Made by a program: the position numbers and the translations under genes
Shown: piece by piece, positions 10,036 through 18,244 of the stretch
How positions within the stretch are numbered: position 1 is the stretch's first letter
Layout of the letters: each line of letters begins with the position of its first letter
Origin: Candidatus Latescibacterota bacterium
GTDB taxonomy: Bacteria; Latescibacterota; UBA2968; GCA-2709665
DNA length: 64,000 nucleotides
Assembly: GCA_965116875.1 (NCBI GenBank)
Contig: OZ220733.1
Span: 4,896,001 to 4,960,000 of the forward strand
Direction: 5' to 3'
Notes under the pieces: generated by a model
Database searches by the model: none
Told to the model about the DNA's origin: nothing
Seen by the model: the letters and a program-made list of their open reading frames with translations, nothing else

Positions 10036-11022
10036 ATGCACACCATCAACTGCGCTATCGTGGGGTACGGCGGCATCGCGCTCTTCCACGCCCGCGCGCT
10101 CAGTCGCATCCCGGAGGTCCGCCTTCATACCGTCGTCGGGCGCAGAGCCGAACCTGCCGATTCATTCCGGGAAGCGTGGGGCTTTGGGAACGCGACCAAC
10201 AGCTACGAGAAAGTCCTGGCTGACCCTGATATTGACGCGGTTGTTATCGCCTCCCCCAGCGAGGTTCATTACGAACAGACCCGTCAGGCCCTGGAGGCCG
10301 GCAAGAACGTCCTGGTTGAAATCCCTGTGGCGCTTTCACACAAGGGGGCCGCCGAGATTGCCGGCCTCGCGAGGAAGTCCGGAAACAAGCTGCTGGTTGC
10401 CCATACCCGCCGATTCAACCGCACGGGACGGTTTGTGAGGGACTTTATCGCAAACGGCACGGCAGGCCACGTGCACCAGCACCATACACACGAATTTCAG
10501 TTGCGCCGCGACAACGTGGGTTGGACCGGCTACAGGCGGAGCTGGACCGACGACGTTCTGTTCCACCACGGTTGCCATGTGCTCGACTACTCCATCTGGA
10601 CCATCGACAGACCCGTTCGCCGGATTCGCGGCGAACTCAGCCCGCTCGACGACCGAACCGGCACGTCGCTCGACGTCAGCATGCTGCTCCGCTATACCAC
10701 GGAGACCATCGCGGCGCTCAGCCTTTCCTACAATGCCCGAACGGGCGTCAGCAACAATATCTACCTGTGCGACGCGGGTACCCTCGTAGTTTCTGGCAAT
10801 CGGGTCACGCTGAACGGCAAGACCCTCTTCCAGAGCGAAGATACCCTGGACGACGACGTCCTGGTCCAGAATACCGATTTCATCGAGTCGATTCGAAAAG
10901 ACAGGCAGCCGGCATGCGGCGCCGATCAGGCCCTCGAAGCCCTGGAACTGCTCCAGCAGGTCTACGACCAGTCCATCACGCTGGAAAACGAGGGCAAATA
11001 CAAACGGATGTGGGAGATGTAG
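10036..11022 (+). CDS. Gfo/Idh/MocA-family oxidoreductase
   Basis: IVGYGGIA Rossmann motif, DAVVIASP...H, GKNVLVEIP, HGCHVLD. Confidence 0.88.
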   Translation: MHTINCAIVGYGGIALFHARALSRIPEVRLHTVVGRRAEPADSFREAWGFGNATNSYEKVLADPDIDAVVIASPSEVHYEQTRQALEAGKNVLVEIPVALSHKGAAEIAGLARKSGNKLLVAHTRRFNRTGRFVRDFIANGTAGHVHQHHTHEFQLRRDNVGWTGYRRSWTDDVLFHHGCHVLDYSIWTIDRPVRRIRGELSPLDDRTGTSLDVSMLLRYTTETIAALSLSYNARTGVSNNIYLCDAGTLVVSGNRVTLNGKTLFQSEDTLDDDVLVQNTDFIESIRKDRQPACGADQALEALELLQQVYDQSITLENEGKYKRMWEM

Positions 11023-11203
11023 CTGGACGCCGCGCTCTTCGCTTCCGGAACGGTTTCCTGTAAAGTCATTTATACGATTCCTTTCGACTGATAAATCAAT
11101 GGACTCGTGTTCGTGGCGCGAATTCTCTGACGTCTCATTCGCAATCTGTGGACGCCTCTCTCCCGCGTTCGAGATCAACACGTCTGCCCCGGTTCCTGTA
11201 TCA

Positions 11204-11758
11204 CTACAGGACCATCTCAATCAGCCCCCGACTCCTCCTGTCCAGCGCGCCGAGGTCCGCCACTTCGAACCGGTTGCCGTCCACGTCCAGAATCAACACG
11301 CGCTTTTCGTCCAGCCACCTGGCGTCTTCACCCACGTTCTTTACGACGAATTCACGCGGGCCCCGGTCCGTTGTAACCTCCCAGTACGAGACGCCGTATT
11401 CACTGCGAATCGAGTGGACCCGTTCGACTCGCGAGGTCATATACCGCAGGTCAAGTTCCTCCCGGATGATGGCCTGATTCTCCACGGACAGCCTGGTTAC
11501 ATCATCCACCATGCAGATCACCTCGTCATTCGCGTCGAGGAAACAGATGTACCGGTCCGGATCCGACAAGGGGACCGCGCGAACGATCTTCACCCTCAGA
11601 TACGTGCGATCGCCTTCGATGGTCATCCGAAGGCGCCAGGCCGGTTCCCGGAAGAGCCTGATCCTGCCGGTGTCCACGTCCTGCGGGTGGGTCACGTCGA
11701 TCGGCGTGGGTTTCCATTCGTGTTTATATTCCGCATTCATGGTTTCGCGTATCCTCAT
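11204..11758 (-). CDS. DUF1854 family protein
   Basis: VRAVPLSDPDRYI, EELDLRY, WEVTTDRG, DVDGNRFE motifs; ATGA overlap with the upstream ABC gene. Confidence 0.85.
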   Translation of the reverse strand: MRIRETMNAEYKHEWKPTPIDVTHPQDVDTGRIRLFREPAWRLRMTIEGDRTYLRVKIVRAVPLSDPDRYICFLDANDEVICMVDDVTRLSVENQAIIREELDLRYMTSRVERVHSIRSEYGVSYWEVTTDRGPREFVVKNVGEDARWLDEKRVLILDVDGNRFEVADLGALDRRSRGLIEMVL

Positions 11759-14001
11759 GCCCTTCCTGATTCCGCCTTGCCCCCGCCGACGGCCATCACC
11801 GCCGATGTTTCCTGCTGGCTCTTCACCAGGCGGTAGAAGATGCCTTTACGCGACATTAATTCATGGTGCGTGCCTACTTCGGCTACCTTGCCGTCGTTCA
11901 ACACCACCAGCCTGTCCGCGCTGCGCAGCGTGGAAAGCCTGTGCGCGATCGCGAAGGTCGTGCGGCCCTTTACAAGACGCGAGATCGCCTTCTGGATCTT
12001 CCACTCCGTCCGCGTATCCAGCGAAGACGTCGCCTCATCCAGAATCAAAATCCGGGGATCGTGCAGAATTGCACGCGCGATGGATATACGCTGCCTTTCG
12101 CCACCCGACAGATTTCCGCCTTTTTCTCCCACCTTCATATCGTACCCGTCCGGCTTCTGTACGATGAATTCGTGCGCTTCCGCCGCGGCGGCGGCACGAA
12201 TGACTTCACTGAACGTCGCATTCGGCTTGCCGTACGCGATATTTTCGGCAATCGTTCCGTCAAAAAGGAATGGCTCCTGCTGAACCATACCGATCCGTGA
12301 CCTCAGGTCTTCCAGGCGTACCTCCCGCATGTCGTTTCCGTCGATTTCCACGCGTCCCCTGTCCGGATCGTAGAACCGGCAAATCAGGTTGATCAGTGTG
12401 GATTTTCCGGCGCCGGATTTCCCCACGAGCCCGACCATCTCTCCCGGTTTCACGACAAGATCTATCCCCTTCAGAATGGGCTTTCCGCGGTCGTAACCGA
12501 AGAACACGCCCCGGAACGCAACCCGCCCTTTCATTCTCGGCAGGGGTACCGCATCCGTACCGTCGCCGGTTTCCGGTCCTGAATCCATGACTTCGAAAAT
12601 GCGTTCTGCGCCGGCGAAAGCCCGCAGCAGGACATTGTAGAGTTCGCCAAACCACCGCAGTGGTTCGTACAACATCCACAGATAGCTGATGAAGGCGACC
12701 AGGGCGCCCAGCGTCATCTCCCCGCCGAGAATCTGGCGGCCACCGAAATACCAGACCAGAAACACGCCCAAACTCATCAGAAAATTCGTCACCGTAAAGA
12801 ACACAAACCAGTTCCGCTCGCCGGCAACGGTCACTTCCCGCAGATCCTCGTTGCGGCGATCGAACCGCTCGCTTTCGCGGGATTCCTGCGCAAACGCTTT
12901 TACGACCCGGATGCCGCCGATCGATTCGCTCAGGTGCGAAGAAAGGCGTGACCATCTCGAGCCCCAACGGATCCAGTGGCGCATCACGCGCTTCCAGATA
13001 CGACTTCCACCCAGCACAATCGGGGGAATGGGCAACAGAACAAGCAGCGCAAGCTGCCAGTTTGTCCCCAGCAACATACCCAGAATCCCTACGAAAAGCA
13101 GTGCTTTCGATACGACCAGAGGCAGGTCGGAAGCCAGAAAACCCTCCAGCCTGTCTGAGTCGTTCGACATCCTTGAGATGAGGCTGCCTGTGGTTCGGCG
13201 ATCGTAAAACCGCAGCGGCAGGAACTGCAGCCTTCGGTAAAGATCGGACCGAATGTCCTGCACACCCCGATGTCCCAGGCGGAGAGAGAGCCATTCCATT
13301 GTCACCGCAGCCGCACAGAACAACAATCGCACACCCAGAAGACCGAACACGAGCCAGACCAGCAGATTGATATTGGCGCGGGGGGTAAGCACGTCGTCGA
13401 TGATGTGCTGCGTAATCCGGGGCGGCAGCAATTCCAGCACAGTCGAAACGAGGGTCAGAATCACGACGGATGCCAGCCGCCACGGCTGCGCCGTGAGATA
13501 TCGCAGAAGGCGGCGCAACGTCTGCCATTTCCTGATGCACGCCGCACAGATTCCGTTCCTTTCAGGCAGCAGCCGGCCGCACGCGTCACAGCGTGCCCGC
13601 TCTACTTCCTCCGGCAAAGACAGATTCCCGCCCTCCGACAACTGCCGGATGCCTTCCGCCACCTCGGCGAATTTGGGTATCAGTGATTGTGTATATGGTA
13701 CCAGAAGCGGGCCTTCGTTCTGCCGATCCACCGCCAGGCAGCCTCCGCCAACCACCTCTTCCGTCCGTACACCCGCCATCTCATCCATTGGTACCACCAC
13801 GATATCTCTGTTGTCATCGTGGGGAACGACCATCAACCGCTTCTGTGTAACGACCACCCATTGCCGGCCGAAGCGCCGGTTCGGGAGCAAATCCGTCGCT
13901 ACGTGCATAAGCGCCGGATCTTCGTTCAGGCCTTCCCTGCCGAGCGCCTCGGATACGGATGCCGGCAGAGTCTCTTTGAACGCATTCATAATGAATTCCA
14001 A
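11755..14001 (-). CDS. ABC exporter (TMD+NBD) with N-terminal extension and CxxC-x10-CxxC motif
   Basis: GKSGAGKST, LSGGERQR, ILILDE, AHRLS; TM domain; CDACGRLLPERNGICAAC; start may be ATG 13989. Confidence 0.93.
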   Translation of the reverse strand: MEFIMNAFKETLPASVSEALGREGLNEDPALMHVATDLLPNRRFGRQWVVVTQKRLMVVPHDDNRDIVVVPMDEMAGVRTEEVVGGGCLAVDRQNEGPLLVPYTQSLIPKFAEVAEGIRQLSEGGNLSLPEEVERARCDACGRLLPERNGICAACIRKWQTLRRLLRYLTAQPWRLASVVILTLVSTVLELLPPRITQHIIDDVLTPRANINLLVWLVFGLLGVRLLFCAAAVTMEWLSLRLGHRGVQDIRSDLYRRLQFLPLRFYDRRTTGSLISRMSNDSDRLEGFLASDLPLVVSKALLFVGILGMLLGTNWQLALLVLLPIPPIVLGGSRIWKRVMRHWIRWGSRWSRLSSHLSESIGGIRVVKAFAQESRESERFDRRNEDLREVTVAGERNWFVFFTVTNFLMSLGVFLVWYFGGRQILGGEMTLGALVAFISYLWMLYEPLRWFGELYNVLLRAFAGAERIFEVMDSGPETGDGTDAVPLPRMKGRVAFRGVFFGYDRGKPILKGIDLVVKPGEMVGLVGKSGAGKSTLINLICRFYDPDRGRVEIDGNDMREVRLEDLRSRIGMVQQEPFLFDGTIAENIAYGKPNATFSEVIRAAAAAEAHEFIVQKPDGYDMKVGEKGGNLSGGERQRISIARAILHDPRILILDEATSSLDTRTEWKIQKAISRLVKGRTTFAIAHRLSTLRSADRLVVLNDGKVAEVGTHHELMSRKGIFYRLVKSQQETSAVMAVGGGKAESGRA

Positions 14002-14034
14002 TTCAGCAGGGCCACCGGGACCGTCAGGGGCCGA

Positions 14035-16272
14035 CTACGCCTTTACGGCGATAATTTCGGAAACTTCCTGCTGCATGCGCACCAGCGTGTAGAAAACACC
14101 CTCCTTCGACAGCAACTCACCGTGGGTCCCGGCCTCTACGATCCGCCCGCCGTCCAGAACAACCAGCCTGTCCGCGTTCCTGAGCGTGGACAACCTGTGC
14201 GCGATCGCGAACGTCGTCCGACCGCGTACCAGGCGAGAAACCGCCTCCTGAATCTGGATCTCCGTCTGAACGTCGACGCTGGACGTCGCCTCGTCCAGAA
14301 TCAGAATCCTGGGATCGTGGAGGATTGCCCGCGCAAGCGAAACTCGCTGTTTTTCGCCCCCCGACAGATTTCCGCCACTCTCGCCCACGTCGGAGTCATA
14401 TCCATCGGGCCTGGATACGATGAAGCCATGCGCATTGGCTGCCTTCGCCGCGTCCATGATTTCATCGAGTCCGGCACCGGGTTTTCCGTAACCGATGTTC
14501 TCCGCAATGGTACCGCTGAACAAAACCGGTTCCTGAAGGACGACGCCGATTTGCGCGCGCAAATCCTCCAGCCGGATATTCCGGACGTCCAACCCGTCGA
14601 TTTCAATTCCGCCAGCATCCACTTCGTAAAATCTGCATATCAGGTTTACGAGCGTTGTCTTTCCGACGCCCGACTTTCCCACAAGTCCAATCATTTCGCC
14701 CGGCTCGACATCGAGGTCGATTTCCCGCAACACGGGGTTAGATTTGTCATATCCGAAGGTAACGTCTCTGAACTGAACTCGACCCTTCATTGCGGGCAGG
14801 GAGATCGCGCCGGGATCTTCGTACGCCTCGGGGGGCGTGTCGATGACTTCGAAGATGCGCTCGGCCCCGGTAAGCGCACGTGTCATCCAGTTGCTCACCA
14901 TGCCGAACCACTGCAGGGGGCCGTAAAGGAGCCACATGTAGTTGTAGAATGCCATCAGCGTGCCCAGTGTCATCTCCCCGCCCAGGACCTTCTGTCCCCC
15001 GAAAAACCAGACGATCAACACGCCCAGTCCACTCAGAAAATTCGTTGTCGTCCAGAAGACCGTCCAGCTGGTTTCCGCCCGTACGGCCCTTGACGTGAGA
15101 TCACGGTTACGCCGCTCGAATACTTCGATCTCGCGTTTCTCCTGAGTAAACGCCTTCACGATCCGAATGCCTGCAATCGCTTCGTTTACGCGAGCGATCA
15201 ATGCGGACCAGCATCGGTACCACCTGGCATAATTGGTACGCATCCGTTTCCAGCAGATGGCTGTTCCGGCCACGACAAGAGGCACAGGAATGAGTACAAG
15301 GAGCGTGAGGCGCCAGTTCATCATCAGCAACGCGGCCATTATGCCCAGAAACATCAGGCTGTTGGTGATGAGATAGGGCAATCCGTCGACCAGAAAATGC
15401 TGTAGTCGCTCTGTATCCCTCGTCACGCGCGACATCAGAGCGCCTACCTGACGCTTGTCGTAAAACTGAAGCGAAAGCAGTTCCAGGCGTCGATACAGCT
15501 GGCTTCGAATATCCGCCGTCACCCTCGCACTCAGCCAGGTCGCCGTCCAACCGTGAAGCCACTCAGCCGCCCACGTAATCAATCGAATACCCACCAGGGC
15601 AAGCACCAGTTGAATCAGGAGGCCCAGCCTTTCGTCGACGGGGGATGTCTGAAGGGGGGCCAGAACGTCATCGACAATCAGTCGTGTTATCTGGGGAGGA
15701 ATCAACTCGGCGCAGGTTGTCAGAACGGTTGCCAGCGCGAGCAGCGCAGCCCGCACCCTGTAGGGCCTCAGGTATCTTGCGATTCGAGCCAGCACATCCA
15801 TCTTCCTGAGGCATGCCGGACAGATTCCGTTCTTCTCGGGAAGAAGCCGGCCGCAGGACTCGCATCGCGTCCGCTCCGGGACCATCTCCGCCAACAGCGG
15901 CTGTGACGTCCGAAGCCGCTCGATCCGACGGGCCAACTCTGAAAAATCGCCGGCCTCTGTCTGGGAGTGAAGCACCCGCACAGTCGGCAGGGCTTTGCGT
16001 TCGATCTCCAGCTGTGCGCCGCCCACGAGTGGTTCGGTACGGGCGAACAACACGTCTGACAGCGGAATATCGACCAGGTCCCGCGCACCTTCCCCGCGGA
16101 ACACGAGGACCCGTTCCCGCGTTACCACCACCCACTGGCTGCCGTAGTCGCCCCGGACGTCCATGTCCGAACGTGCCTGCAGCAAGGGCGTTTCGCCGCG
16201 GTCCAACAACGCGCGGACGCGATCGTCTGTAATGTTGTTCCGTGCGTCACGCCACGAATTCATGGAACTCAC
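14035..16272 (-). CDS. ABC exporter (TMD+NBD) with N-terminal extension and CxxC-x10-CxxC motif
   Basis: AGGAGG RBS; GKSGVGKTT, LSGGEKQR, ILILDE, AHRLS; CESCGRLLPEKNGICPAC. Confidence 0.93.
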   Translation of the reverse strand: MSSMNSWRDARNNITDDRVRALLDRGETPLLQARSDMDVRGDYGSQWVVVTRERVLVFRGEGARDLVDIPLSDVLFARTEPLVGGAQLEIERKALPTVRVLHSQTEAGDFSELARRIERLRTSQPLLAEMVPERTRCESCGRLLPEKNGICPACLRKMDVLARIARYLRPYRVRAALLALATVLTTCAELIPPQITRLIVDDVLAPLQTSPVDERLGLLIQLVLALVGIRLITWAAEWLHGWTATWLSARVTADIRSQLYRRLELLSLQFYDKRQVGALMSRVTRDTERLQHFLVDGLPYLITNSLMFLGIMAALLMMNWRLTLLVLIPVPLVVAGTAICWKRMRTNYARWYRCWSALIARVNEAIAGIRIVKAFTQEKREIEVFERRNRDLTSRAVRAETSWTVFWTTTNFLSGLGVLIVWFFGGQKVLGGEMTLGTLMAFYNYMWLLYGPLQWFGMVSNWMTRALTGAERIFEVIDTPPEAYEDPGAISLPAMKGRVQFRDVTFGYDKSNPVLREIDLDVEPGEMIGLVGKSGVGKTTLVNLICRFYEVDAGGIEIDGLDVRNIRLEDLRAQIGVVLQEPVLFSGTIAENIGYGKPGAGLDEIMDAAKAANAHGFIVSRPDGYDSDVGESGGNLSGGEKQRVSLARAILHDPRILILDEATSSVDVQTEIQIQEAVSRLVRGRTTFAIAHRLSTLRNADRLVVLDGGRIVEAGTHGELLSKEGVFYTLVRMQQEVSEIIAVKA

Positions 16273-16443
16273 GTCCTCCTACGCTTTCGTGCATTGAATG
16301 CCCATGAAACGTTTACCGGATGCCACCATTGTCGATCGCATCCGGATCCTGTAAAACTCAAGGCCACGAATCAAAAACCGCCGTTGGCGGAAATCGCGAC
16401 GTTCGAGAACGATGCCATTGCATCCGATTTCACACACGTCATT

Positions 16444-17088
16444 TCACTTCACGAGTTCGACCGTGCCCCACAGGCTCGGGTCGTACGAAACAGGAAGCGG
16501 CTCGTCGGCCGTCCACGACTGACGGCCCTGTCTCCGATCCTGAAGCAGGTAGGTAAATCCCAACAGGCGGTTTTCTTCGGGATCGAACCCGGTCAACGAC
16601 TTTGCCGGCAGATGGACCTCCAGCCGGTACCCGGTTCCGGATGCGTCGCAGGCGACGGGCAGCTCCGAGGATTCACTCATTCCTGACTGCGCGCGAGCCC
16701 GACGGATTCGCGTCTGTCCGCCACGTGGCTTCGCCCGTCCCGTGGCGGGCAGGAAATAGAAATGGTGGCAATACCGGCTCGCACGGTGTGCATTCCGGAC
16801 ATTCCGCGTATCCAGCCAGATCTGTAAGCCATCGCCCCGTAACGGCCGCCGGCGGTCCACGTTGGCGCCGGCGGCCTTCCTGACGTTTGCGGCGAAATAG
16901 AGACCCCGCTCGCTCCACGCGGCGTACACGTCCGCAAAGGCCTCTCGACCTTCCAGCTCCATAAGGTCCGGTACCTGATATCTACGGTCCCAATCCTGAA
17001 GGTCGCCGTCGATGACCGGCGGCACACCGCGATACGGGCACTGCCACGCGAAATTGAAAAAGGACCGTTTCGGGACTTCCGGGTTCAT
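16444..17088 (-). CDS. CBM9/DOMON-like sugar-binding domain protein
   Basis: PVIDGDLQDW, AAWSERGLYFAANV, GDGLQIWLDT, GYRLEVHLP, PSLWGTVEL are typical CBM9-like segments. Confidence 0.7.
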   Translation of the reverse strand: MNPEVPKRSFFNFAWQCPYRGVPPVIDGDLQDWDRRYQVPDLMELEGREAFADVYAAWSERGLYFAANVRKAAGANVDRRRPLRGDGLQIWLDTRNVRNAHRASRYCHHFYFLPATGRAKPRGGQTRIRRARAQSGMSESSELPVACDASGTGYRLEVHLPAKSLTGFDPEENRLLGFTYLLQDRRQGRQSWTADEPLPVSYDPSLWGTVELVK

Positions 17089-18149
17089 GGAGTCGGTTCT
17101 CCGGCCGCCCGTACAAGGTTGCCTTTTTGGCGCACGACCGCCGATTCCTCCATCGCGTTCCCATGTATGAGAACAGGCCGGTTCGTTCCTGTCCGGTCGT
17201 TAACGATCAGGTCGACGTTCCGGAAGTGATTCCCGGTAACCGACAACCCCGCGCCAGTAAGCCAGAGCGGCAATCGCTTTGATGGGCCCGCTCCCCGGAT
17301 CACGTTACCCGAAACGGACGTATGAAAGCCCCTCACGTCCATGGCCAATGCCAGACGCCCACCGGAATCAACCGTCACGATATTGCCCGAAATCACATGG
17401 CCCTCGGAATCTGCCCAGGACCGGAAGGCGATGTCCAGGTCGCCACCTTCTCGAACGTACACCTGGTTATTCGCCATAATGATTGAATCCCCTGCATCCG
17501 ATCCCACGGCAACGTGGGTACGGCCGGTAATCTCGACGAAATTACCCATCACAAATCCCGGTCCGCCCAGCAGTTCCACCGCATCTGAGTTCGCGTTGCC
17601 CAGGCGGTTGTTGATGACTCTCATATTGGGCCCCTGCAGCATAATGCCCAGTCTCTGGGAATTCAGAACCGTACAATTCTGTATGGTAACGTTGTGCGTG
17701 GGCATCGGACAGGACCCGCCGGGCTCCGCGCAGAATGCCTTGATGCCGTTGTATTCGAACCGCCCGTGGGAGACGTTCAGGAACTCGGAGCCGTCATACG
17801 GATTCTGATCGCGATTCTGGTCCACCCAGAGATCCCGTATCGTGATATTTCCCACCCCGTTCCCGATAATGCGGATCACGTTCGTATTCTGTCCCGGCGC
17901 GAGAACCAGCCGCGTCGCGGCGCCCTGCCCTGCCAGCGTCACGTTGCTTCGGTCGATTGTCAATCCACCGAGTGAACCCGCCACCCTTCGGATGTCGTAG
18001 ACGCCCTCCTTCAGGACGACCGTGCCGCCCGCCGGCGGTAGCGCTCGAATCGCCTCGTGGATTTCCTCCTGATCACCGCGTCCGTCTCCGACGAAATCGG
18101 CTCCGTCCCTGGACTCATCAGACGAAGTCCGTGTTGCGACTGTCATCAC
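17085..18149 (-). CDS. Right-handed beta-helix repeat protein (pectin-lyase-like fold)
   Basis: DQEEIHEAIRALPPAGGTVVLKEGVY cap motif, NVTLAGQG, Asn-ladder repeats (ISGNIV, VSGNVI, VTGNHF, IHGNAM); GGAGG RBS. Confidence 0.8.
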   Translation of the reverse strand: MMTVATRTSSDESRDGADFVGDGRGDQEEIHEAIRALPPAGGTVVLKEGVYDIRRVAGSLGGLTIDRSNVTLAGQGAATRLVLAPGQNTNVIRIIGNGVGNITIRDLWVDQNRDQNPYDGSEFLNVSHGRFEYNGIKAFCAEPGGSCPMPTHNVTIQNCTVLNSQRLGIMLQGPNMRVINNRLGNANSDAVELLGGPGFVMGNFVEITGRTHVAVGSDAGDSIIMANNQVYVREGGDLDIAFRSWADSEGHVISGNIVTVDSGGRLALAMDVRGFHTSVSGNVIRGAGPSKRLPLWLTGAGLSVTGNHFRNVDLIVNDRTGTNRPVLIHGNAMEESAVVRQKGNLVRAAGEPTP

Positions 18150-18244
18150 GTTCCTCCAATTGATTCACGGTATACAACGCTACAAGCGCTACCTTATACC
18201 CGGTGCGGATGCACCTTTCGCCTGATCCTTACCGGCAATGTACG

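Noticed and set aside
12260-15093. Long alternative ORFs (426 aa minus, 468 aa plus) over the ABC genes
   Set aside because: Off-frame or antisense to well-supported genes; stop-poor frames are expected at high GC and they show no motifs
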